A stretch of 64,000 nt of DNA. Source: Felis catus. Taxonomy: Eukaryota. The notes under the pieces were generated by a model. It had not been told where the DNA came from. It saw nothing but the letters and a program-made list of their open reading frames with translations, and ran no database searches. This document shows, piece after piece, positions 9,069 to 22,230 of the stretch (position 1 is the stretch's first letter; each line of letters starts with the position of its first letter). The position numbers and the translations under genes are program-made. The stretch covers positions 62,622,001-62,686,000 of the forward strand of contig NC_058368.1 in the NCBI RefSeq assembly GCF_018350175.1, in the 5' to 3' direction.

Positions 9069-12000
9069 TTCCACAGCCAACTGCATAGATTTAATACTCC
9101 CAGTCAAGATAGCCAAATATGTAAAGTCAACCCAGACACAGTAGATAAGAAAAAGAAGGTCACTTGTCACAATTCATTTGATACAAACTCTCCATACTGG
9201 GAATTTAGATTGCCTTTGGTTATGATAACTTGCCCAAGGTCATTAAGCCCATTCTGATTGTCTGTAAACCAATCACTAGACAAGAACTCAGATCTGATTT
9301 TTAGGCTACCACACGTAGTTTTTAAAAATAAGATATTTGAGAATTCAAGTCATTGCACCTAGAGTTGATACCCCTATGTAAAAAAGATAAAACATCTTCT
9401 GAAATTCTTGATTACGAAGATGGTAGTCACTTCAGTCACTTTTTTTTTTTTAATCAAATTCTGAAGTGAAATTCAATTTTGAAGGGATGAACATATCACT
9501 TTGATAAGATTAAACATTGTCAAAAGAAGTTATTTTAAAAGTAGTTAGATCAAATGAAGGCACTTTGCATGATGCTTTTAGAAACACATAGTTATATATA
9601 TGTTTTCATAGTACAAATCCTAGCATACTCTAATTGACATTAATTACACCTAGGTATATACAGTTAGTATGACTTTAATCTTTTGGTTTTTTCCAAGCCA
9701 ATCTTTATTGCCAATAAGGAACCCAGTAATCCTTCTTGTTAGTCTGGAATTTTGTCCTTTTTAAAAATTTAATCTTAAAGCTCATCACAATTTTAGATAG
9801 TGAAATGTGTCTATTATAGACCTTACTACATAAAATACTTTATAAGAGACTTATTTTTCCTTTTTTTTTTTTTGGACATGTTACTCTTTAGGAAACTGTG
9901 ATTACATAGCAAAAAATGAGATGTTTCAAAATAATTTTAAATCAATATTTCTCTGGCTCAACAACTGAGAAATGGCATCTAATATGCATGCTGCTGAAGT
10001 GGGGCTGGCAGTCAAGGTAAGCTCACCAGAACCCAGTCAAGGTAAGCTAACCAGAAGAGGAGGAGAGTGAGAGGAAGGAAAAACTGTGTCACTCAAGACC
10101 TACATGACACCAGGAAATATACTGAAGTCAGACTTGACATCACATCATTCAAATAGGAGACTCACAAAGAATAGAATTTCTAGTCTGTTGTGAAAAATTC
10201 CCGAGTAAAGCTTACAACATATATGGTCTTGTCTGTTGCATTTTTTTTCTTTTGTGAGGTATACACACAATGGCATAGCATCCCAGCCCCTCACAGGCAG
10301 AGCCACATGTACAGCCCAAGATTTGTCCCTTGGCTCAACTCCATGTCAGCACACTGTCAAAATAAGTAACGACGTAGAAATCTATACACTGTGCCAACAA
10401 CAGCATTTAAACTACCTGGAGTTCATCCAGCACTACATAGAGGGCACCTTTATGGAGCAAGCCCAGAATACTCTTATGATGTCATGTTAGTGAAGGACAC
10501 TATCAAGGGTAGAGATTTGTGGAATTTTTTTCAGTGATATTTGGCAAATTCTTTCAGTTGTTTATACTCTATATATCTTTTATGTTATAAAAATAAGTAG
10601 TTATGGTTTGTTCTATAGTTTATTAACATAACTGAATTGAATACAATTTACTCATAATACATGGATGTATATAATGGAATATGTCAGAGATATTAAAAAT
10701 CACTTGATGTAGGTGAAAGCCAGACTTATGTAAATGGAATTGGATTATCACAATGAGAATTGTAAGAAAATAAAGAATGACTTGAGACGGGGACAAAAGA
10801 TTGAAACAGTCAGGCTCAGGGACTTCCTGGTTTTGCAGCATACAGAATCAATGTAGCTACGATCTTGGGTTACTAGAAACTGTCATTTCAGAAATGTCTA
10901 GTCCTTACTTGCAAGTTTTTCATTAAAATAACAAACTGATGCAACTGTGAGAAGATGAGTTCCCTATCAAGGATTTGGTATGGTACGGTAGTAACTGAGA
11001 ATTGATAGCAACTCAAGTATTGCAGAAAGCCGGATAGGGAAGTTAATGATAAAGCTGGTCAGGGCTCACCCTGTAATTATGGTTGTGACTTGAGATTTTC
11101 CACACTGTAATAAAATATAACATTTCTGCACATAACACACAGCTACTTGCTCAGCAGTGATCTTCGGGTGGGATGGGGTGGGTGGGAGAGTTGGGGAGGA
11201 AAGTGAATGAAAGTGAATGGAACCACACATAATAAGAAGCAAAAAGCAAGGCTTATAGGTTTATACATCTTTTGATAGAAAAAAACTTTGAGTGAGTTGC
11301 TACTGGTGGTAAGAAAATAAGAAGAGAACTTTCTGCCTGAAATGCCCCTTGTCTTTTCCTCGTACTCACTTCCTATGAAAATGAGACTGAGACAAGTTCA
11401 AAATACTAGAGCTGCTGGTTCCTAAAAACCATTTTGAAAAAAATGAACATTTTTTCAAAATGATTCTGGGTTCTTTTGACCCTCTTCATAATGTCTAGAA
11501 GCATTTTCCTTTTTGATATTTTAAGAATGGAACTTAAAAGAATACAGGTTTGCATATATTTTGAATATGAAAAAAGGAAGATACTATATATCTAAAAATG
11601 CTTGTTTTATAATATACAGTAAAATGCCACACTCCATGGTATATTCCATTTCTAAACATACGATCACTAATAAGAATGAGTAGAACAACTGTATCATTCC
11701 AGTCATTGCCATCAGAATCTAAGCTTTTAAAATACATTCTTTATCTAATATAAAAAGAACTCTACACTTCACCCTAACTTAGGAAAACTCCATTCACTGT
11801 TTTACTGTGTATATAGGACCATAACAGATAAAGTGTTCTTTTTGGATTTACTTTTAAAAACTTCCCGTGTAGATTTTTAAAGTTAAAATTGGTTTTATAG
11901 CATTGTTATTCATGTCAGAAAGGGATGCTTACTCTATGTCCCTATTATATCTGAGAGAAAGAGAGTTCTATAATAATATCTGAGCTTATTTATTTATTTA

Positions 12001-12682
12001 CTAGTAGGACGTTACTGTTACCATATTAACTGCCACAAGATGATTTTATAGCTGATGGAATTTGATGCCAAGCTTTTAGCTTGATGCCTCTGGCTAGATT
12101 TATACACCACACAATTTTATTCACTAAGTGTAGTGATTCATTTCTAAAACTACCTTTCAAAAGTTCCCTTACTAAGGAAAATTAGTCTTGTTCCTTTGCA
12201 TCACCTACTAACATATCTCTATCACTGACAATACTTTTAACTAATTTGCCCTATTAATAATAGAGACACACTAGCTTTCTTGTGCTTAGTTTTACATAAT
12301 TCTGAATCCATCAGTTAATTTTCAAACTATGTCTTTATATTTAGTTCAAGATTTCCATTTTTTATATTTTTACTTTGAAACAATCTCAAACTTACGAGGA
12401 AAGTGCAAGTACATTATAAGGAAATTGTTTTCCTTAACCATGTGTTCAGGCGAGAACAATTTCTTTTGTACTTCCTGTTATCATGTCACTCCTGCAGTGA
12501 CCTTGTAGTCTGAGCAACCCTTCATCCAAGAGCTGAATGCCCTTCAGTTCTTGCCTATGTATGGTCCCTCTTTACACCCATACAGTAACTGTTGCATCAT
12601 GTTTGGAGTTGGTTAACTATGAGAGGGCTACTCCAGTAAAAACTACTGTGTTTTACTAGAATTTATTTACAGATAAATTGCA

Positions 12683-12746
12683 TTTAATGTTTATTTATTT
12701 CTGAGGCAGAGGGACGGATCATGAGTGGGGGAGGGGCAGAGAGGGA
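12683..12746 (-). mobile_element. 5'-truncated CanSINE
   Basis: tttaatgtttatttatttctgag ... gagtgggggaggggcagagaggg. Confidence 0.75.
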
Positions 12747-12799
12747 AATAAGTCTTCCAAAAATAACCCACAGTGGTGTTTTACATACATACATTATTT

Positions 12800-12980
12800 T
12801 AATTAATCCTCAAGACAGCTAAGGTGTCTTTAAAATCATTACTACTATTGCATAGATTTTATATAAAGAATAATCTGAGTTTCAGAGAGATGAAATGACT
12901 GATTTGAGATCTCAAACTTAATTTGAGAGATTGGATTTGAATTTTGATTTTGCTAAATTCAATACCCACAATGCCTTAAG
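12800..12980 (-). mobile_element. MIR
   Basis: ttaatcctcaagacagc ... ctgagtttcagagagatgaaatgact ... ggatttgaa. Confidence 0.6.
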
Positions 12981-13038
12981 ATTTAATTTGTTGGTATCAT
13001 CTATCTGCCTTATAGACAAAAGAGATAAATTCTCTTTT

Positions 13039-13267
13039 ATTTTGTTTTGTTTTTTAAATGTTTATTTATTTATTGTTTTTGAGACAGAGAGAGAGAGAGA
13101 GCACAAGCAGAAGAGGATCAGAGAGAAGGAGACACAGAATCTGAAGCAGGCTTCAAGCTCTGAGCTGTTAGCGCAGAGTCAGATACAGGGCTCAAACCCA
13201 CAGAACCGTGAGATTATAACCTGAGCCAAAGTCAAATGCTTAATTGACTGAGCCACCCAGGTGCCCC
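13039..13267 (-). mobile_element. CanSINE
   Basis: Full length; imperfect TSD ataaattctctttt / ataaactgtctttt. Confidence 0.93.
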
Positions 13268-14445
13268 AATAAACTGTCTTTTCATTGGAGTGGGGGAAGG
13301 TTTACTAATTTTCAATGCAAATTATGTCCCCATATATCCTTCAAAAGGTATGAAATTCTTTTCTTCACCATTTTAGTTTTATCCATTTGTTTCCTTAAGA
13401 CTTTCCTCCTAAAATTATGCTTAGCTAAAGGCATTTGGCTGTACTGAAACATGATTTCTGTAGTGTAAAATTAACCAACACTCAGCATTTTTTGAATGAA
13501 AGTAGGTAACTCAAAACCAAAAACAAATTTTATTTTTTACATAATCAGCTTTGTCACAGGCACTACAGAAATATTAGAAAACACAGTGACAAAAAAGAAA
13601 AAAATGAAAATATCCATGATCCCACCATCCAGATGTAATAATTGGTCATAATTTTTCTATAATCTTCCTTTAACTAATGTCTTTAATTTTTTTAACTCTT
13701 TCAGAAACACATTTTTGTATGCACATTATACTTTTATGTCAACAATAATCAAAGCTTATTATTTTTAAGTGGTTTATGATTGCTTGTTCAGTCTTTTATG
13801 GTATATGATTCTAATGATTGTACCTTTGTTAACAGAATGAATAATACATGCTCCATTATAGTTTGAGTTTCAGCTTTTGTAAGCAGCTTTTTGGTGCCTC
13901 TTGGTGAAAAAGGTGTAGAAACTACAGTAGTATGCAGAGGATTATTAATGTTTTTCCCTTCTATTTATTTATTTAATTTTTTAAACAATCTTTTATCATG
14001 CCTTGCTCTTTAGCTCATTAATTATTGATCCAAGATAACCATGAGGTACTACAATTTCAGAAGCTAAGCAGATAATTCTCACAAATTTCTTACACATAGA
14101 TATAATACTATAGAAGCAGAGGCAGATGTTTCTATTATCACTATAGGTCAGGAAATATTCATTAATATATATCATTGTTTTTACTTTTTATAATATTTGG
14201 TTTTGCACTTATATCAAATACTTTGCCCTAGCTGATATTTTAGCAAATTTAAATGAATCACAAAACTTGTTTAAAAGAATTGGAATACTTGCATATTATA
14301 TAGGGAATTTTAGTAGAACATCATCCAAATTTGGGATAACATAAATGGATTTACACAAAAGTATATATATGAATGATGAAATGGACTATTTCTGTAAAGT
14401 TTTTACAAAATGCTACTACTGTTGTTCTATTAAAAAGTGAGTATT

Positions 14446-14648
14446 GGCGCCAGGATGTCTCAGTCCGGTAAACATCCGACCTTAGCTCAGGTCATGATCT
14501 TATGGTTTGTGAGTTCGAGCCCTGTATCGGACTCTGTGCTGACAGCTCAGTCTGGAGCCTGCTTCAGATTTCTGTGTCTCCCTCTCTCTCTGCCCCTCCC
14601 CTGATTGTGCTCTCTGTCTCTCAAAAATAAAATGTTAAAAAAAAAATT
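14446..14648 (+). mobile_element. CanSINE
   Basis: B box gagttcgagcc; TSD aagtgagtatt / aagtaagtatt. Confidence 0.93.
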
Positions 14649-14852
14649 AAGTAAGTATTAATATTGATAGAGGGCCCTGCATGTATATGAACAATTAAAA
14701 AACCCTCTAGAAACTTAATGAAATTTAATTTATCAAAATATTTTGGTGTAACTTTGTCAGATTACCATTACTACATGAAGGAAAATATATAAAATGCCAT
14801 AAACATATTACATAGCTATTTGCTTTATAGCTATAGAAATATGTGCCTTAGA

Positions 14853-15093
14853 GGGGCATCTGGGTGGCTCAGTTGGTTAGGCATCCAACTTTGGCTCAGG
14901 TCATGATCTCATGGTTCATGAGTTTGAGGCTTGCATCAGCCTTTCTGCTATCAGCCCAGAGCTCGCTTTGGATCCTGTCTCCCATTCTCTCCGTCCCTCC
15001 CTGGCTCGCTCTCTTTTTCTCCCTCTCTCAAAAATAAACAAACATTTAAAAAATATAAAAAATAAACAAAATACTAAGAAAAAAACGAAAAAA
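14853..15093 (+). mobile_element. CanSINE
   Basis: ggggcatctgggtggctcagttggtt head, long A-rich tail. Confidence 0.92.
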
Positions 15094-15197
15094 ATATTCT
15101 TATAATGAAATGTTTATAAGAATGAAATGCAGCTACACCATGGTTCATTTTGATGTGTCCCTGGTGATTCTCTAGAAAAGAATATAAAGAACAATTT

Positions 15198-15415
15198 GGG
15201 GCACCTGGGTGGTTCAGTCAGTTAAGCATCCAACTGCAGCTAAGGTGGTGATCTCATGGTTTGTGAGTTCAAGCCTCGCTTCAGGCTCTGTGCTAACAGC
15301 TCAGAGCCTGGAGCCTGCTTCAGATTCTGTGTCTTCCTCTCTCTCTGCCCCTCCTCCACTCATGCTATCTCTCTCTTTCTCTCTCAAAACTAAATAAACA
15401 TTAAAAAAATTTAAA
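15198..15415 (+). mobile_element. CanSINE
   Basis: Full length; TSD aaagaacaattt / aaagaacacttt. Confidence 0.93.
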
Positions 15416-15774
15416 AAAGAACACTTTAGTGCCCTTGTGTGTTTTATTTATCTATTCATTTTTGTAACTCTATTTTCTACACATTCATGAATTATGGTAT
15501 ATTAGAAAATTTTTAAATAAACACTGTAAATATTGTAGTGTATACTGCATAAAATTAGAGTTTCAAATCTGATAACAATATTATATTTATAAAACTTTCA
15601 TGTTTAAAGTTGTTATATTCTACCAATTTTGAAGACAAAAGGCTATAATATATATTGTTCCACAATGTCATGTGAAATTAATGAGTACTTTTCAGCATAT
15701 CCATAAGTATTCACAAGTATTTATTGATTAAACTTTTCTGTAGCTAAAGCTTCTTGTTTTAAAACACCTATTTT

Positions 15775-15990
15775 GGGGGTGCCTGGGTGGCTCAGTTGTT
15801 TAAGCGTCCAACTTTGGTTCAGGTCATGATCTCACAGTCTGAGTTCAAGCCCTGCATGGGGCTCTGTGCTGACAGCTCAGAGCCTGGAGCCTGTATCCGA
15901 TTCTGTGTTTCCCTCTCTCTGACTTTCCCCCACTCGCACTCTGTCTCTCTCTGTCTCTCAAAAATAAATACAACATTAAAAAAAAATTTA
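15775..15990 (+). mobile_element. CanSINE
   Basis: Full-length head, CT tract and tail. Confidence 0.93.
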
Positions 15991-18900
15991 AAGCAGCCAT
16001 TTTGCTTAAAAAGAGTTGTTTTCTCTTTTTTTCAGAAACAAAATTGAAAAGAATAATCTGCCTTCTAAACTGAAAATTCTTTTTCTTTGAGTTAGTGAGG
16101 CCTCTTCCACAATCTAGATTTTGAGTTCTGTGAAACATTTAGATGTGTTACTTGAAAAACACTTTTGACTTAAAAAGAGCTACTGAACTGTTTAGTTCAT
16201 AAACAAGCAATTTGTATATTTACTTTAAATATTTTAAAACCAACTTATGTATTAATCATCAAATGAAGAGAGACGTGCAATCTCATTACATGCTTGAAAA
16301 AATACTCATCATTTACCTCGAGAAAATTTACGTTTAAATTGTATTTTTAACCATGCAGTTCAAATAAATGGTCTTCTTAAATTTCACAAAAGCATTTATA
16401 TATATTCTTAAAATCTACATTAAGCAACAAAAACTTCTTCCTATTTTGATTCCACAGCCATTGACCTCTGAGATACAAATAACCAACTCATGATCCCACT
16501 TCAGTTTGTTTTGGAGAACTGTTACTAGCTCATTGACTGAAGAGTATCCCATAGAGGAATAATGTGTAACCAACAAATGCATCATAGGATATTTAGGTTG
16601 TAAATAGACGGATATAAATGATAGGTTACCACTATTCTATTATCTCAAGAAAACTTTGGTGTGCAATTTCAAACTCTATAAATTCCCACAATTTATTACT
16701 TATGGATTCAGCCCAGAAAATGTACTACATTCTGTTAAATCATTAGGAATTTCCTTCTAAGAACTATTAAGTACACAATGCTATACTTTTGTAGTTAGAT
16801 GAACTAAATAAAGATTTATTGTTATGTTTACTTTGCCTGAGGCTAAAAACTGGGACTGGATGAAACAAAGTTATTTTCCTAGTGTAGAATTTTACTACTC
16901 TGGTTAAAATTATTTCTTTTCTTCATTACACTAGCACAAGATAAGAGAAGGGCCATTTATTAAACACCAATTAGCCTGCAGATCCTCTGCTAGGCATTTT
17001 TATAAATGTCTTTTCAATTTTTATTAATAAACACAATCATTTATTATAAACATTGTATACTCACTTCTATTTCCTTTGCTCAATATACTATAGCTAACAG
17101 GAAGCATAGCGGTTTCACATTTTTAACTTGAGAGAGGAGATTCTGCCCAATATAACTGAACATGTTTTGGGAGATATTTATACAATCTAGAAAAATCTAA
17201 GCGTTGCAGGAAATTAATCCTCATATAGCAGATTCATAGAGAGTACAACACTTTAAATACATTTTTATTTTTTAAATTAGAGTTAAGGACTTTTTAAATG
17301 CAATAGGAAATACACATAAATTCCCCAAATCAAGCATCTTTGATATAAATTTTGAATACAATTCAAAAGTCATTTTGCACACATTATGAAAATTTTAACA
17401 GTGGCATTTTTGGCAGTTCTTTTAAAGTAATAGGTATTAACCTCAGATATATTCTCACTTTTAATTTAAGTAGAAATATAAAAGCATAAAATTCTCTTAC
17501 AGAAAATACTGTGCTACTTTATCTAGTTGTGCATTATCATTAGAAGGATGGGCCATAACTGGCCATACAAAGTCTCCGTGATAATGGATCTCATCTGCAA
17601 CTATTCACCTCATACCAGAGAAGAATAATCCCCATGAAATGCACCACATTTGATATAAATCCAAAATGTTTTTAAATGGAGATATTAAATGAGGACATAG
17701 TGTGTGGCTTGCAGCCCTTAACAAGGTTTTCCTAAATTACCACTAATACATCTATGACAACTCAGAGAAAAGCTGGATCTCATGAAACGCATTAAAGAGT
17801 TACTCTAACAATAAATAAAACTATCTTAGAACCTGAAAGGTTCCTGAACAATAACCAGAAGTGAATAGAGCTGTTCTCAAAATTTTAAATATTAATTGCT
17901 AAAATGTTGGCCCTTAAAAGTTGCCACTTTTTTATTCAGACATTATTTATGTCTATTTATAAAGACATTTTAACACCTCTAAGAAAGGGTTCAATTTCTA
18001 TTCCAATCAGGACTGTAGGAAGGCATTCCTCTCCTACAAACACTGTTTGTTCAGGTGACCTGGTTCCCTTCTTCCTCAGTGGCTTTCTTTGGATAACTGG
18101 ACTTACTGTTTGAGGACTAATTCTAGAACACCTATGGTATCTGACTTTCAGCTTTACAAAGTTAACATTCAGCCCACCTTCTGGTCCTTCATGATCTCAT
18201 GCCTAATTCTCCAGGGGGGAAAAAAAAGAGACAACAAATTACAAATCAATTTTAAAAATAAGTAAACACACAACCAAACAAATTGCTAAAGAGATCTCTT
18301 TTACAATTTACATTGAAGAAACAATGGCTCTCACCCAGCAGTCCCTTCAAAACAAATCATTGGATAGCATTTTGTAAGAGCTCTGCAATGCAATCAATGT
18401 AAAATTGCCATTTAATAATTAGTAGAAGGAAGAGACTTGATGATCTCAGAGATGTGGCAAAGAAAGGCTTAGACCCTTCTAACGACAACAGAAATGAAAA
18501 GCTTTATGGAAAAAAATTGGCTGTGTAACTTACGGCCCCACTATGAAGGAAATTAGAAGATGACATGACTTTATGAGGTTAATAGAGTATTAAAGAGTGA
18601 TTCCAATCCATCTTGCCTGTTGCATTTCTCTCCTGAGAAAGAGTAAGTTTTAAAGAAAGCTGATCCTGCACCCTCTACAGGTCCAATAATATGGTTGTTC
18701 TCAAGGTAATATTTACATTACTATATTGTAATAGTAAGTGTTCACGACCTTTAGTTTCTCAGAATCAATCAAAGACAGAGCATGTAAAGGTATAGCTATG
18801 TAATGAAATGTAAATGTTATAAATACCGATGTGAAATGTATGCTATGGCTGATGAGCAGAGGGGAAGTGGGAAGGTGAGGCAGAGATACAGCAGTACCAG

Positions 18901-20560
18901 TTCTAACATTCTGTATTAAGAGAAGTAAAAGTATACTATGCAAGTATAATGGATCAAAATTACATTTCAACACATTACTAAGATTTATGGGAAGGATTAA
19001 AAAATAAAAAAACAGAACCAAAAACACATCTCACGATGATTGGAAGGAGGGGGAAAGTGAGAAGAAACGATTGTGAACATCAACCATGGGTGTCAGCTCT
19101 CATAGTAGAGGATAAAAAGATAGGATTTATGTTGATAAATAGGAAATAATGTATAAGGATATTGCTTACAATTATGAGATGCCCACTAGAAGAAATAAGA
19201 ACAGAAACAATCAAATATAATTTCTAAAAAAATAGATTTAGGTATTAGGGGAAGTTTTCAACACTGTTCTTGTTTTTATTTTTTAAACGCTTCTATCACT
19301 TTTAGAATTTACAAAAGAATGGAAGAAATGAATAAGTACTGAGTTAATGACAAACCCCTAAGATACTGAGATAAATAAATGTGAAATTAATACTTTCACT
19401 AAATTTATGTACTCTACATAGAGTGTATGAATAGTGAATGGTCAGCTTTTAAACACTGTGACACTTGGCTCATATTATTTATTTATGCTTCTAATCATCA
19501 GCTACTGAAGCTGCTAAAGAGGGTTAAATATGACATAGTATGCCTCTCTAGGCCAGGATTGTATCTGTAAAAATACAGAACCATGATGGGCAGCAGCACA
19601 CAGAAGAGGGCACGGGGCAGTGAAAGAGCTACACTCGGTGGCTGCAGTCAGCAGGGGTGTGGGAGTCTGGGACAAAATAATTATGCATCAATACAATAAA
19701 TGTCTTCTGCACACTGGGAAATACTTTCCAGGTATGACTCAGCCTAGATGTTGTTTTCTTTCCCCTAAAACTAGGTCAATCTTTATAACTCCCCTCCTGG
19801 CATTGGAGCACAAAGATGAAATCATTCCTCTGAGGTCAAAGGCAGTTGTGACAGGCATAGCTTTATCAAAACGGGAGAGAAATAGTCCCCTTTAAGTTTC
19901 CAGATGGGATGAAATTGTGCAGCAGATAATGGGGCGGGGGGGGGGGGGAGGATATAATCAGAGCTCTAGAAGACCAGATGATGAAGAACTGATACTTAGC
20001 CCTTGAATTTCTTGCAATTATAGTAGTAATTGAGAAAGCTTGGGAAAAAAAATTTGCTCTGAAAAGGAAGTGATTCCTGATAAAGACTAATTTGAGATGA
20101 ATAAATGTTTCAAAATTTAGAACCAGGAAAATGAAAGAGAACACAAAACATCAGATGCAAATAAAACTGTGATGTTTCCCTTGATCACATCCCCCGAGAA
20201 ACGTCAATTCCCAGGTGAGGCTGATTAAGATAAAAATCACACTGCACTTAGATCTGCATATTAATTTTAGGCACAGATATACGTGCGTGTCTGTATGTGT
20301 ATACATCTTTCTGTGTGTGTCTGTGTATTCTGATGCTAAATTCTACATTGTTCACTGCTTAGTGTTAATGCAGTCAATTTCTAGTAATGTGTCTGTGTAT
20401 TTGATTCTATAACAGTAAGTGGAATATATACTATTAGAGACATGGAAAGCTGGAAAAAATGCTAAACTGATATTTTGTCAGATTCTGTATGAAAAAGTAT
20501 ACAGCATTCTTAAAGAGTGTTGTCTGTGATAGGCAGAGGATGTCTAAAATCTCATCCCTG

Positions 20561-20784
20561 GGGGCGCCTGGGTGGCGCAGTCGGTTAAGCGTCCGACTTC
20601 AGCCAGGTCACGATCTCGCGGTCCGGGAGTTCGAGCCCCGCGTCAGGCTCTGGGCTGATGGCTCAGAGCCTGGAGCCTGTTTCCGATTCTGTGTCTCCCT
20701 CTCTCTCTGCCCCTCCCCCATTCATGCTCTGTCTCTGTCTGTCCCAAAAATAAATAAACGTTGAAAAAAAAATAAAAAATAAAA
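20561..20784 (+). mobile_element. Young SINEC_Fc
   Basis: CpG-rich near-consensus body; perfect TSD taaaatctcatccctg (20545-20560 / 20785-20800). Confidence 0.97.
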
Positions 20785-20845
20785 TAAAATCTCATCCCTG
20801 GACCCTGAGAATATGTTAATACACATAAGAAAAAAGGACCTTGCA

Positions 20846-21014
20846 GGGGCGCCTGGGTGGCTCAGTTGGTTAAGTGTCCGACCTAGGCTCAGGTCATGAT
20901 CTCAGTTCGTGAGTTCGAGCCCTGCATCAGGCTCTATGCTGACAGCTCAGATCCTGGAACCTGCTTCAGATTCTGTGTCTCCCTCTCTCTCTCTCTGCTC
21001 CTCCCCTGCTCATG

Positions 21015-21056
<42 letters not shown>

Positions 21057-21079
21057 AATAAACATTGAAAAAAATTTAA
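20846..21079 (+). mobile_element. CanSINE (SINEC_Fc-like)
   Basis: Perfect TSD aaaaaaggaccttgca (20830-20845 / 21080-21095). Confidence 0.96.
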
Positions 21080-21669
21080 AAAAAAGGACCTTGCAAATGC
21101 AGCTAAGGTTACAGACCTTACAACCCGCAGAATATCATGGATTATCCAGTTTCATCTAATGTAGTCAAGTGGGTCTTTACAAGTGGGAGAGGGAAGGCAG
21201 ATGAGTGGGTCAAGTGATGTCGAAGAAGAGGCAGGAGAGATGCAAAGTATGAGAGAGACTCAACCCTTGTGGAGAAAAGGACCATGAGCCAGGATATGTA
21301 GGTAACTTTTAGAAGCAGAGAGCAGCCCTCAGGTGACAAAGAATTGGGGACCTGTGTACTATAGCAACAAGGAAATGAATTAATTCTGCCAACAACTAAA
21401 ATAAGTAAGAAACAGATTTTCTTCTAAAGCCTCTATAAAAAACCTTCCCAGCATCTATATTTTAGCCCAGAGAATCCAGTGTTCGGCTTCTGACATACAG
21501 AACTACAAGATGATACATTTGTGTGGTTTTAAGATGCTCAATGCGTGATAATTTGCTATGGCATCAGTAGAAAACTAATCATTTCCAAACTGTTACTCTG
21601 CTATCATCATGTGTCTGATTATATGCTTAGTGCAAATTTACTATGTGACCAGTGATAGTAAAGGGCATC

Positions 21670-21830
21670 ACATAAGTCTGATCTTCACAGAATTCTACAT
21701 TTTAGATATTATTATTTCCATTTAACAGAAGAGAAAAACCGAAGTCTAAAAAAAAGGGACTTTCTCAAAGCTACACAACTGTCAAACTCTGACTAGTAGT
21801 CAAAAGCAGGGCTTCAAATCAGATTATGTT
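21670..21830 (-). mobile_element. MIR
   Basis: attattatttccatttaacagaagagaaaaaccgaag ... gactttctcaaagctacacaac core. Confidence 0.65.
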
Positions 21831-22230
21831 TTAAAAGAGTATGATCCATATTTACATATTTATGTACACACATTTCCATATATGCCCACACATACCTACT
21901 ACATTTCAAGTAGGAGATATTTTATGGAATATGGATCAACTATTTCATCAGAGTTCGTCATTATTGGAATAAAAATTTGTCTCCCAATATATATCTAAAT
22001 GAATGCAAATTACATTGGTTTATCCCTTTGAATACATTGTTTTATTAAAAAGTGAACATGTTTACTGAATTTAAGGCTAAAGTTTTATTTATGTAAATTT
22101 TAAGACTACCTTAGATTAAAAGCAATTGTAACAATGTAAATATGTGCATTTAAATATATGTTACATAAAAGCACACCCAAAATTAAATAAGGTTTGATAA
22201 CCAGTTGTAAGCCAAAAATAAAAATAATTC

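Larger units (their letters stand above)
20525..21581 (+). mobile_element. MaLR solo LTR, MLT1D-like, with two SINE insertions
   Basis: Starts tgtgataggcaga; ends tttgtgtggttttaag ... ataatttgctatggcatcagtagaaaactaatca. Confidence 0.85.

Noticed and set aside
11430..11462. AT-rich hairpin cattttgaaaaaaatg-aa-cattttttcaaaatg
   Set aside because: Built from homopolymer runs; expected by chance in AT-rich DNA
15209..15397. Recurrent MVQSVK/MAQSVK...SAPPPLMLCLSLSQK ORFs (also near 29022, 40340, 43649, 57895)
   Set aside because: Translations of CanSINE bodies, not a gene family
20561..20650. tRNA-like A and B boxes
   Set aside because: tRNA-derived SINE head, not a tRNA gene
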